From an uncultured Bifidobacteriaceae bacterium (GTDB taxonomy: Bacteria; Actinomycetota; Actinomycetes; S36-B12; CAIYMF01), in NCBI GenBank assembly GCA_964638055.1, contig CAZWXF010000001.1, positions 63,115 to 127,114 on the forward strand: 64,000 bases of DNA, in the 5' to 3' direction. The position numbers were made by a program, and so were the translations under genes. The notes below the pieces were generated by a model. It worked only from the letters and a program-made list of their open reading frames with translations, searched no databases and was not told the origin of the DNA. Below are positions 17,704 through 27,873 of this stretch, in pieces (the stretch's first letter is position 1; every line of letters begins with the position of its first letter).

Positions 17704-17815
17704 GATCATCGGGGGAAAGCCATGGCACCGGCGGGCATGGCTCGTGGCTGCCTGTCCCGTGCCTGTCCCGCGGCCAAGAGGTCGTGCGACAGTGCGTCTC
17801 GACGGGCTCGACCCG

Positions 17816-17846
17816 CGTCTTGGGTCTCACTCGGAGACCCAAGACG
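17816..17846. terminator. Bidirectional hairpin between convergent genes
   Basis: The stem is a perfect 13-bp pairing, CGTCTTGGGTCTC / GAGACCCAAGACG, with loop ACTCG. It lies 7 nt from the stop of the minus-strand hydrolase gene. GTCTTGGGTCTC recurs at 60167-60178. Confidence 0.6.
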
Positions 17847-17853
17847 AGATGTG

Positions 17854-18651
17854 CTACTCCGAAGCCGGCACCAGCGACTCCACGAACTCCGCGGACTCGG
17901 CGAAGATCCGCTCGGCGTCGTAGTCGAGCGTGGCCACGTGGTAGGAGCGCTGAAGCTCCACCTCGCGCAGGGGGGAGCGGACATGGGCGCGGATCAGCTC
18001 TGAGTTGTTGGGCCCCACGACATGGTCGGTAAGGGAGCGCACGAGGAGCACGGGCGCGATGACCTTCTCCATCGTCGTGCGGAACGACTTCCAGCCGTCC
18101 AGGAGCGAGACCGCAAGCTCGACGGGGACCTTGTCGTAGGCGAGCTCATGCCCCGTCGGATCGGCGATGTCGCTGCCCACTCCGGGGACGCCCTTGACGA
18201 AGCGCGCCAGGTGCCTCTGCAGCGGGACGAGGTGGCGCTGCCAGCCGGCCACCCCGTCCGGGCGGACCCAGGGGTTCACCAGCACCAGGCCGGCCACGTC
18301 CTGCGGCCGAGCCGCCGCGACGTGCAGAGCCAGGGTGGAGCCGTAGGACATTGCCATGAGGAAGACCCGATCAGTGCGCGACCGCATGGCCTCGAAGGCG
18401 CGGTCCACCGCGGCCTGCAGGTCCGCGTAGGTCTTGGTGTTCGCGTCCTGCCAGGTCGTGCCGTGGCCCGGCAGCAGGATCGCGTCCACGGTGTAGCCGC
18501 GCTCGTTCAGGTACTGGGCCCAGGGCCGCATGCTGTCCGGGGACCCGGAGAAGCCGTGGACGAAGACGATGCCCGTCCGGGCGTTCTCACCGGAACCCTC
18601 CGCAGCGAACGGCTCGCATCCAGGCCTGATCCTGTCGTTGGCCACGTCCAT
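17854..18651 (-). CDS. Alpha/beta hydrolase (carboxylesterase / lysophospholipase-like)
   Basis: This is the C-terminal 265 aa of track ORF 17854..19743, starting at MDVANDR. It contains IVFVHGFSGSP and a nucleophile elbow AMSYGS. The upstream part of the ORF is R/A/G-rich and overlaps the MaoC gene on the other strand. Confidence 0.8.
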   Translation of the reverse strand: MDVANDRIRPGCEPFAAEGSGENARTGIVFVHGFSGSPDSMRPWAQYLNERGYTVDAILLPGHGTTWQDANTKTYADLQAAVDRAFEAMRSRTDRVFLMAMSYGSTLALHVAAARPQDVAGLVLVNPWVRPDGVAGWQRHLVPLQRHLARFVKGVPGVGSDIADPTGHELAYDKVPVELAVSLLDGWKSFRTTMEKVIAPVLLVRSLTDHVVGPNNSELIRAHVRSPLREVELQRSYHVATLDYDAERIFAESAEFVESLVPASE

Positions 18652-18855
18652 GAATCGATCCCTTCCCAGAAGGTCGGCGGTGGTCGCGATCGCTGCGCAG
18701 CCCCGCGCGCAGCCCGAAGGGGCGGCCCTGCGAGCGGCGCGAGCCGCGAACGCCGCGCCAGAGTAACGCGTTCGGGACGACCCCGGGCACGCCCCCCTCC
18801 GGAGGAGGGTAGGAGGTGCTGGCCACAATGAGGCCGACCCCAGGGAGGAAATGCG

Positions 18856-19398
18856 ATGACCGTCCATCCAGCCGTGCTCGGCCGCTTCTTCGAGGACTTC
18901 GAGGTCGGCGACGTCTACCAGCACCCGTTCGGCCGGACCATCACCGATGCCGACAACGCATGGTTCACGCTGCTGACCTGCAACACCAACCAGATGCACT
19001 TCAACGCCCACCTGTCCCAGCAGAACCCGATCACCAAGGGACGGATCATCGTCGTCTCCGGCTTCACCGTCGGGCTCGTCCTCGGTCTGACGGTTCTGGA
19101 CATGAGCCAGAACGCCGTTGCGAACCTGGGCTGGAACAACATCAAGCTCACGCACCCGGTGTACGTCGGGGACACCATCTATGCCGAGAGCGTCTGCACG
19201 GCCAAGCGCCCGTCCAGCTCGCGCCCCGAGATGGGGATCATCTCCATGGACACCAGGGCCCTGAACCAGGACGGGGATGTGGTCATGACCTACGACCGCT
19301 CCGTCATGATCCCGACCCGCACCAGCGGCATCGGGCAGAACTACTTCCCGCAGGCGAAGGCCGGCCCGCTCGCAGCCCCTGCACCCCCGGCGGGCTGA
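18856..19398 (+). CDS. MaoC-family (hotdog-fold) dehydratase
   Basis: A GGGAGGA RBS precedes the start. FEDFEVGDVYQHPFGRTITDADNAWFTLLTCNTNQMHFN is typical of MaoC/mesaconyl-CoA-hydratase-like proteins. Confidence 0.8.
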   Translation: MTVHPAVLGRFFEDFEVGDVYQHPFGRTITDADNAWFTLLTCNTNQMHFNAHLSQQNPITKGRIIVVSGFTVGLVLGLTVLDMSQNAVANLGWNNIKLTHPVYVGDTIYAESVCTAKRPSSSRPEMGIISMDTRALNQDGDVVMTYDRSVMIPTRTSGIGQNYFPQAKAGPLAAPAPPAG

Positions 19399-19416
19399 CG
19401 CCCCCCGGAGGGCGTC
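19397..19416 (+). terminator. Hairpin directly after the MaoC gene stop
   Basis: GACGCCC-cccgga-GGGCGTC forms a 7-bp stem. There is no U tract, which is common in high-GC actinobacteria. Confidence 0.35.
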
Positions 19417-19471
19417 GGCCCGCCAGGCCCCCCGGGCGCGCGACGAAGGACGAGCACAGCCCGCCGATCCC

Positions 19472-19507
19472 CGACACCCCGGTGACCCCCGTGGTCCCGG
19501 GGTGTCG
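19472..19507 (+). terminator. Second intergenic hairpin upstream of the dcw promoter region
   Basis: CGACACCCCGG - 14 nt - CCGGGGTGTCG forms a perfect 11-bp stem. Confidence 0.3.
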
Positions 19508-19638
19508 CGCGTGCGGCGGCCACTGGGCGCGGCAAGCACCCTGGGGGACCAGCCCCGGCGGGCGCTGCGCCGAGGAACGCTGCCGCGCGCCACGACCGTG
19601 GATGGTCGGGGGGCAGATCCCTCACCGAGGGCGCCAAT

Positions 19639-19678
19639 GTGGAGGGTTGTGGAGTATCGTGGTTGTTCGTGGCGGAGG
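19639..19678 (+). promoter_or_regulatory. MraZ operator: four GTGG direct repeats at 10-bp spacing
   Basis: The sequence GTGGAGGGTT GTGGAGTATC GTGGTTGTTC GTGGCGGAGG has GTGG at 19639, 19649, 19659 and 19669. It ends 86 nt upstream of the mraZ ATG. MraZ is known to bind 10-bp-phased (G)TGGG-type direct repeats in its own promoter. Confidence 0.7.
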
Positions 19679-19763
19679 CGGGCGGGCGATTCGAGCCCGA
19701 CCGCTTGCGCCGCACCAAGGCGGACCACGCCGCCGAGGGCCACTCCGAGGCAGGTGAGCGGCG

Positions 19764-20201
19764 ATGTTCCTGGGGACGCACTTCCCCAAGCTGGATGAGA
19801 AGGGCCGTGTCATCCTGCCCGCGCGCTTCCGTGACGAGCTGGGCGAGGGACTCGTGCTGACCAAGGGTCAGGACCGATGCCTGGTCCTGTGGCCGCGTGG
19901 AGAGTTCGACTCCCATGCGGCGATGCTGCGATCGCAGGCACAGGCCAGCGCCCGCGTGCGCGCGATGACCCGGGTGTTCTTCTCGTCGGCCTTCGACGAG
20001 CTGCTCGACCGCCAGGGCAGGCTCACGATCCCGCCGGTGCTGCGGGAGTACGCGGGCCTGGAACGCGAGCTGACGGTCGTGGGCGCGGACACCCGCATCG
20101 AGATCTGGGACTCCGCGGCCTGGTCGCAGTATCTGGCGGACAACGAGGCCGCCTTCGCCGACCTCGACATGGATGCGGAAGGAGGGCCGCCCCTGGCCTG
20201 A
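19764..20201 (+). CDS. mraZ: Transcriptional regulator MraZ
   Basis: MFLGTHFPKLDEKGRVILPARFRDEL and a second SpoVT/AbrB-like half (DRQGRLTIPPVLREYAGL) are present. Confidence 0.95.
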   Translation: MFLGTHFPKLDEKGRVILPARFRDELGEGLVLTKGQDRCLVLWPRGEFDSHAAMLRSQAQASARVRAMTRVFFSSAFDELLDRQGRLTIPPVLREYAGLERELTVVGADTRIEIWDSAAWSQYLADNEAAFADLDMDAEGGPPLA

Positions 20202-20407
20202 GCCGCCTCTGACTGCGCGACATGTGATTCCCCTCCGCGCGGTTCGACGCCACTTCCCCGGTGCCGAACCCTCCGACGCCACTTCCCCGGTGCCGGAATC
20301 CGCGGCGGGGGGCCAGGTGGCACGCAGGGCCCGCACTCACCTGGAACGGGCCGACCCCGCCATCCGCCCACACCATCCGGCCCGCAGACCGACTGGGAGG
20401 ACCGTGG

Positions 20408-21370
20408 ATGACTGACTCCCACGTGCCGGTCATGCTCGAGGAGTGCCTGGCGATCCTCGGCCCGGCACTCGGGCGCCCCGGCGCCGCAGCCCTCGACGCC
20501 ACCCTGGGCCTGGGCGGCCACGCGGAGGCGATGCTGGAGGCACATCCGGGACTGCGCCTGCTCGGGCTTGACCGGGATCCCGCCGCACTGGCCTCGGCGA
20601 GCGCCCGGTTGGGCCGCTTCGGCGGGCGCGTCCGGACCTGGCGCGGCACCTACGACCAGATTCGTGAGGCGATGGCCGCCGTCGGGTGGACGAACCTCGA
20701 CGCGGTGCTCTTCGACCTGGGCGTGTCGTCCATGCAGCTGGATCGCGACGAGCGCGGCTTCGCCTACTCCCGGGATGCACCCCTGGACATGCGGATGGAT
20801 CCGACGAGCGGGCCGACCGCGGCGGACATCCTCAACACGTACTCGCAGACCGAGCTCGCCAGGGTCCTGCGCGACCTGGGGGAGGAGCGATTCGCCGTAC
20901 CCATCGCTCGTGCGGTGATCCGGGAGCGCCAGCGCGATCCCTTCACCAGCAGTGCCCGGTTGTCCGAGCTGATCCGGGAGGTCATCCCAGCACCCGCCCG
21001 CCGGACCGGCGGCAATCCGGCCAAGCGGACCTTCCAGGCCCTGCGGATGGAGGTCAACCGAGAGCTGGATCACCTCCGCCGTGCGATGCCCGGGGCGATC
21101 TCGGCCCTCGGTCCGGGCGGGCGGATGGTGGTCCTGAGCTATCACTCGGGCGAGGACCGCATCGTCAAGCAGGCGATCCGCCGGGCGACGGAGCCCGACG
21201 TGCCCCCGGGTCTGCCGGTGATCCCGGAGGAATTGCAGCCCATTGCGCGTGTTCTCACCCGCGGAGCGGCCAGGGCATCGGAGGATGAGGTCCAGCGCAA
21301 CCCTCGCGCGGCATCGGTCCGGCTTCGGGCGGTGGAGAAGGTCGACGCACGTGCTCGGGAGGTCCGATGA
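20408..21370 (+). CDS. rsmH: 16S rRNA (cytosine1402-N4)-methyltransferase
   Basis: HVPVMLEE, DATLGLGGHAE, FDLGVSSMQLD, SYHSGEDR and the fragment RLR are present. I trimmed the start to ATG 20408 (MTDSHVPV). Confidence 0.95.
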   Translation: MTDSHVPVMLEECLAILGPALGRPGAAALDATLGLGGHAEAMLEAHPGLRLLGLDRDPAALASASARLGRFGGRVRTWRGTYDQIREAMAAVGWTNLDAVLFDLGVSSMQLDRDERGFAYSRDAPLDMRMDPTSGPTAADILNTYSQTELARVLRDLGEERFAVPIARAVIRERQRDPFTSSARLSELIREVIPAPARRTGGNPAKRTFQALRMEVNRELDHLRRAMPGAISALGPGGRMVVLSYHSGEDRIVKQAIRRATEPDVPPGLPVIPEELQPIARVLTRGAARASEDEVQRNPRAASVRLRAVEKVDARAREVR

Positions 21371-22062
21371 GCGCCACAGACACGGCCGTCCTCCCCGACG
21401 ACGCGTCCGTGGCTGTGCCTGCGGACGCTGGGGCCGATGCCACCGCAGTCGCTGCCCACGCCCGCCCGGCACCGGCAACAGGGATGCGGCCGGCAGGGCG
21501 TCATCGGACGCTCATCGCGAGCACTGGCGCGCTCGTCGTGGGCCTGCTGGGCGTGCTGCTCATCAACACCGTCGTCAGCCAGGGAGCATTCCGGCAGCAT
21601 CAGCTGGAGGTCGACCTCACCCTGGCCTCCGAGCAGGAGGAGGCCCTCACGCGTGCCGTCCAGCTGGCCGAGTCGCCCCTGGAGGTGGAGAAGGCCGCCC
21701 GTGCCCTGGGCATGGTCCCCGCGGGCAGCCCCGTCTTCCTGCGCCTCGCCGACGGCTCGATCCTCGGATCTCCCGTCCCCGCCACGGCGCCCTTCGGCGA
21801 AGTGGACTACTCCGGTGCCCCCGGCGTCACCGTGCCGACTCCCGACCCTGCCGATCCTTCGGTCGATCCCTCGACGGGAGCGACCCTGCTGCCCGCGGAC
21901 GGGTCGCCCAGCACTGATCCGTCGCCCAGCACTGATCCGATGGCGGACCCGCTCGTGCCCTCCCCGATCAGCCCGACGCCCGGGGCGACCCCATCGGCCA
22001 CGGACCCGACGGGGACCGCAGCGACCTGGACCGCGCCACCCGCTGGGATGACGACGCCATGA
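21367..22062 (+). CDS. ftsL: Cell division protein FtsL-like: single TM, coiled coil and a Pro/Ser/Thr-rich tail
   Basis: It lies between rsmH and ftsI. ATGA overlaps occur at both ends. A TM segment LIASTGALVVGLLGVLLINTVV is followed by a helical segment. Confidence 0.8.
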   Translation: MSATDTAVLPDDASVAVPADAGADATAVAAHARPAPATGMRPAGRHRTLIASTGALVVGLLGVLLINTVVSQGAFRQHQLEVDLTLASEQEEALTRAVQLAESPLEVEKAARALGMVPAGSPVFLRLADGSILGSPVPATAPFGEVDYSGAPGVTVPTPDPADPSVDPSTGATLLPADGSPSTDPSPSTDPMADPLVPSPISPTPGATPSATDPTGTAATWTAPPAGMTTP

Positions 22063-23906
22063 GCACGATGTCACCGCCGCGCCAGCCCGCCGGCCCGCAG
22101 GGGCGCGGCGACCGGGAGCCGGGTCGCTCACGCCGGGTGGGCCGACGTGCGCCGAACGGAGTGCCGACGTCACCTCGGCCCGGATCCCGACCGCATCGGA
22201 CCTACCGCCGGGCGGACAGCCGCAACCGCGCCATCATCCTGGGGCTGGCGCTGATGATCATCCTGAGCGTGTACGGCGCCCGGGTCTTCGACATCATGAT
22301 CATCCAGGGGGCGGACCTGGCCGCGAAGGGCCAGAACCAGCGCATCCGCGAGATCCCGATGCCTGCGGACCGTGGGCCGATCTACGACTCCCAGGGGGCT
22401 GCCCTGGCGATCACGGTGGAGTCTCGCAACGTGACCGCGGACCAGCGCCTGATCGCCGACCCCGCGGCCGCTGGGGCCCTTCTCTCCCCGCTCCTGGGTG
22501 TTCCCGCGGAGAACCTGGCCCTGCGCCTGACCGGCACGGACCCCTTCGTGTACGTCGTCAAGGGCATCACGCCGGAGCGCTGGCGGCAGGTCAAGGCCCT
22601 GAACATCAAGGGCATCTTCAGCGAGCGCACCACCAGCCGCAGCTACCCCTCGGGCACGCTGGCAGCGAACGTCCTGGGCTATGTCGACTCCCAGGGCGTG
22701 GGCAAGGGAGGCATCGAGCTGAAGCTGGACGAGCGCCTGCACGGCGTCGACGGCTCGCGGACCTACGAGCAGGGGGCGGCCGGGCAGGCGATCCCGGCGG
22801 CGGAGGACGTCCTGCGCGAGCCGGTCCCAGGCCAGGGGGTTCAGCTGACCCTCAACCAGGACATCCAGTACGTGGCCCAGCGGGCCATCGCAACCCGGGT
22901 CAAGGAGGCCAAGGCCGACAGCGGGGACGTCACGGTCATCGAGGCTCGGACGGGCCGGGTTCTGGCGATGGCCACGGCTCCGACGTTCGACCCGAACAAC
23001 TACAAGGGGGCCAAGCCCGAGGACATGGGCAACCGTCCCGTCAGCGTGATCTACGAGCCCGGGTCCACCGGCAAGGTCCTGACGATGTCCGCGATCCTCG
23101 AGGAGGGCAAGGCGCGCCCGCGCACCAAGGTGACCGTGCCCCCCACCCTGACCCGGGGCGGTCACACCACCCACGACCATGTCGACCACGGCACGCTGCA
23201 CCTGACGATGAACGGCGTGCTGGCCCAGTCCAGCAACATCGGCACGATCCTGCTGGCGGACCGCATCGGCGGGGACAAGCTCTACGAGTACCAGCGCAAG
23301 TTCGGCGCCGGCCAGGCCTCCGGACTGGGTTTCCCCGGAGAGGAGCGTGGGATCCTGCCGAAGCCCGAGAACTGGTGGCCCACGACGTTCCAGGCCCTGG
23401 CCTACGGCCAGAGCTACTCGATGACCTCCCTGCAGGTCGCCGGGGTCTACCAGACGATCGCCAACGGCGGGGTGCGCCTCCAGCCGCGCCTCATCGACGG
23501 CTACGTCAATCCGGACGGGTCGTTCGAGCCGGCCGAGACCAAGCCGGGCGTGCGGGTCGTCAGCGAGAAGACGGCGAGCACCATGCTGCGGATGCTCGAG
23601 AACGTGGTCACCGAGGGGACTGGTGGTGTCGCGGCCATCCCCGGGTACCGGGTGGCGGGCAAGACCGGCACGGCCGAGCGGGCGGTCAACGGCGGGTACT
23701 CCGGCTTCTCCGCCTCTTTCGTGGGAGTCGCCCCGGCCGACGACCCGCAGATCGTGGTGCAGGTGGTCCTGCAGAACCCCCGCAACGGTCATTACGGCAG
23801 CGTGCTGGGAGGCCCGGTGTTCAAGAGGGTGATGTCCTACGCCCTGGCCGAGCTCAAGATCCCGCCCTCGGGTAAGAAGTCGCCCACGATCCCGACGGAG
23901 TGGTAG
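22059..23906 (+). CDS. ftsI: Penicillin-binding protein (class B transpeptidase, FtsI/PBP3)
   Basis: The SxxK motif (GSTGK), the SxN motif (QSSNIG) and the KTG motif (GKTGTA) are all present. A TM anchor lies near the N-terminus. Confidence 0.95.
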   Translation: MSTMSPPRQPAGPQGRGDREPGRSRRVGRRAPNGVPTSPRPGSRPHRTYRRADSRNRAIILGLALMIILSVYGARVFDIMIIQGADLAAKGQNQRIREIPMPADRGPIYDSQGAALAITVESRNVTADQRLIADPAAAGALLSPLLGVPAENLALRLTGTDPFVYVVKGITPERWRQVKALNIKGIFSERTTSRSYPSGTLAANVLGYVDSQGVGKGGIELKLDERLHGVDGSRTYEQGAAGQAIPAAEDVLREPVPGQGVQLTLNQDIQYVAQRAIATRVKEAKADSGDVTVIEARTGRVLAMATAPTFDPNNYKGAKPEDMGNRPVSVIYEPGSTGKVLTMSAILEEGKARPRTKVTVPPTLTRGGHTTHDHVDHGTLHLTMNGVLAQSSNIGTILLADRIGGDKLYEYQRKFGAGQASGLGFPGEERGILPKPENWWPTTFQALAYGQSYSMTSLQVAGVYQTIANGGVRLQPRLIDGYVNPDGSFEPAETKPGVRVVSEKTASTMLRMLENVVTEGTGGVAAIPGYRVAGKTGTAERAVNGGYSGFSASFVGVAPADDPQIVVQVVLQNPRNGHYGSVLGGPVFKRVMSYALAELKIPPSGKKSPTIPTEW

Positions 23907-23909
23907 CCC

Positions 23910-25426
<1,517 letters not shown>

Positions 25427-25430
<4 letters not shown>

Positions 25431-26812
25431 TCGCCATGGACGTCGCGGACGTCGCCGCAGCGGTGGGCGGCACGCTGGACGCGTGCGACGACCCGGGAGC
25501 TGCGGTGCTGGGTGCCGCGGCCGACTCCCGTCGCGTCGTCCCCGGCGATCTGTACGTCGCGATCGCGGGGGAGCGCGTCGACGGCCACGACTTCGCCGAC
25601 GCCGCTCGGGCCGCCGGTGCCGTGGTGACCCTCGGCTCCCGACCCACGGGCGGCCCGACGATCGTGGTGGACGATCCGGTCGAGGCCCTGGGTCGGCTGG
25701 CCGGCCACGTGCTGGCCTCGCTGCCGGAGGCGACCGTGGTCGCGGTGACCGGCTCGTCGGGCAAGACGACGACCAAGGACCTGCTGGCCGAGCTCCTGGA
25801 GCACCTGGGCCCCACGGTCGCGACGCCCGGGTCGTTCAACACCGAGGTCGGGATGCCGCTGACCATCCTCACCGCGACCGAGGCGACCCGCTTCTTCGTG
25901 CTCGAGATGGGGGCCCGCGGTCCCGGCCACATCACGGTGCTGTGCCAGATCGCGCGGCCGGGCATCGGCGTGGTGCTCAATGTCGGCACGGCGCATGTCG
26001 GCGAGTTCGGCAGCAGGGAGGTGACCGCGGCATCCAAGGCCGAGCTCGTCTCCGCCCTGCCGCCCGCAGGGCTGGCGGTGCTCAACCTCGACGACCCGCT
26101 CGTGGCCGCGATGGCCCAGACAACGCCTGCTCGGGTCGCCGGCTTCGGCACGGGCCCGCGGGCCGGCATCCGGGTCGGCAACCTGCACCTGGACACCCAG
26201 GCCCGAGCTGTGTTCACGATGACCACCGACGAGGGGGACTTCCCCGTTGCCCTCCAGCTCTCCGGTGAGCACATGGCCAGCAATGCCGCCGCTGCTGCTG
26301 CCGTCGCCCGCCACCTGGGCATGCCCAGCCAGCAGATCGCCGAGCGCCTCAGCCGTGCCGCCCCTCGCAGCAGGTGGCGGATGGAGGTGACCACGAGCCC
26401 GTCCGGGGTGATCGTGGTCAACGACGCGTACAACGCCAACCCGGAGTCGATGCGCTCGGCGCTGCGCTCGCTGGCGGCGATGGGCGAGAGCGGCGGGCGC
26501 ACGTTCGCGGTCCTCGGGGAGATGCGCGAGCTCGGCGACGACACCGTGGCCGAGCACGACGCCATCGGCCGTCTGGCTGTCCGGCTGCACATCGCGCGGA
26601 CCATCTGCGTGGGCCAGGGGGCCCGCGCGCTCCACCTGGGCGCCGCCCAGGAGGGGTCGTGGGACGGGGAGGCAAGCTGGGTCCCCGACGTCCCGGCGGC
26701 GGTGGCGATGCTCCGGGCCGAGGTCCGTCCCGGCGACATCGTCCTGGTCAAGGCCTCGCGGTCCATCGGGCTGGAGGAAGTCGCCGCCGCCCTGCTGGAG
26801 GACCGGACATGA
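25427..26812 (+). CDS. murF: UDP-N-acetylmuramoyl-tripeptide--D-alanyl-D-alanine ligase
   Basis: VTGSSGKTTTKDL and NDAYNANPESM are present. An ATGA overlap joins it to murE. Confidence 0.95.
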
Positions 26813-27873
26813 TCCAGATCGTCCTGAGCGGCGCCATCGCCATGGTCGTGGCCCTGCTGGGCACGCCGATCCTCATCAAGGCCCTGCAGCGGCGCAACCT
26901 CGCCCAGTCGATCCGGGAGTCCGCGGACGGGATCGTCTACCCCGAGCACAGCGGCAAGCGGGGGACCCCGTCCATGGGCGGCATCGCCATCGTCGTGGCG
27001 GTGATCGCCGGCTACGGCCTGGCCCACGCGGTGCGGTGGACCTCTCCGTCGGCCTCGGGGCTGCTTGCCCTCTACCTGATGGTCGGGCTGTCCCTGGTCG
27101 GCATGGCCGATGACTACCTGAAGGTGTTCAAGTCCCGCAGCGGTGGCGTGCGAGCCCGGACCAAGCTGCTCGGCCAGGCGGCCGTGGCGATCTCCTTCGC
27201 CTGGCTGTCCCAGCAGTTCCCGGACGAGCGGGGGATCACCCCGGCCTCCAACGCGATCTCGCTGGTCCGCGACCTGTCGATCGCGCTGCCGGTGGGTCTT
27301 CTCCTGCTCTGGATCTGGTTCATGATCACCGCGATCACCAACGGCGTGAACCTGACCGACGGGCTTGACGGCCTCGCCGCCGGCGCCTCCGTGCTGACCT
27401 TCGCCGCGTTCACCCTGCTGGGCGTGTGGCAGTACGGCCAGCACTGCTCGTTCGACCTGTCGGCACGGTGCTACGAGGTGCGCGATCCTCTCGACCTTGC
27501 CGCCTTCGCCGTGGCCTGTGCCGCGGCGTGCTTCGGCTTCCTGTGGTGGAACACCAGTCCTGCGCAGATCTTCATGGGCGACACGGGCAGCCTGGCCCTC
27601 GGCGGTGGGATGGCGGCGCTGGCGATCCTGACCCGGACCGAGCTCCTGTTCGTCCTCATGGGCGGGCTCTTCGTGATCATCACGCTCTCGGTGATCGCCC
27701 AGGTCGGATCGTTCAAGCTCACCGGCCGAAGGGTCCTGCGGATGGCGCCACTGCACCACCACTTCGAGATGCTGGGCTGGGCCGAGGTGACCATCGTCGT
27801 GCGGTTCTGGCTGATACAGGGGCTGTTCGTCGCGGGCGCCCTGTGCCTGTTCTACACCGAGTGGATCGGGTGA
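26809..27873 (+). CDS. mraY: Phospho-N-acetylmuramoyl-pentapeptide transferase
   Basis: NGVNLTDGLDGLAAG, FMGDTGSLALGG and APLHHHFE are present. An ATGA overlap joins it to murF. I trimmed the track ORF from 26374. Confidence 0.95.
   Translation: MIQIVLSGAIAMVVALLGTPILIKALQRRNLAQSIRESADGIVYPEHSGKRGTPSMGGIAIVVAVIAGYGLAHAVRWTSPSASGLLALYLMVGLSLVGMADDYLKVFKSRSGGVRARTKLLGQAAVAISFAWLSQQFPDERGITPASNAISLVRDLSIALPVGLLLLWIWFMITAITNGVNLTDGLDGLAAGASVLTFAAFTLLGVWQYGQHCSFDLSARCYEVRDPLDLAAFAVACAAACFGFLWWNTSPAQIFMGDTGSLALGGGMAALAILTRTELLFVLMGGLFVIITLSVIAQVGSFKLTGRRVLRMAPLHHHFEMLGWAEVTIVVRFWLIQGLFVAGALCLFYTEWIG

Noticed and set aside
17212-18003. A 263-aa ORF (and minus-strand ORFs 16899..17588, 16966..17709 and 17024..17842) reading through repeat locus A as a repetitive PVEPS/GLDGRW-type protein
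   Set aside because: Several frames on both strands are open simultaneously. There is no RBS or sensible start, and the ORFs overlap the well-supported DUF3040 gene. The open frames are explained by GC-rich repeats that lack stop codons.
19680-19726. A tRNA-like 3' fragment (CGGGC-gattcga-GCCCG followed by ...GCACCA) in the mraZ leader
   Set aside because: The loop is not a canonical T-loop. No acceptor, D or anticodon arms can be built upstream, and the CCA is not positioned correctly. This is most likely a chance match in GC-rich DNA.
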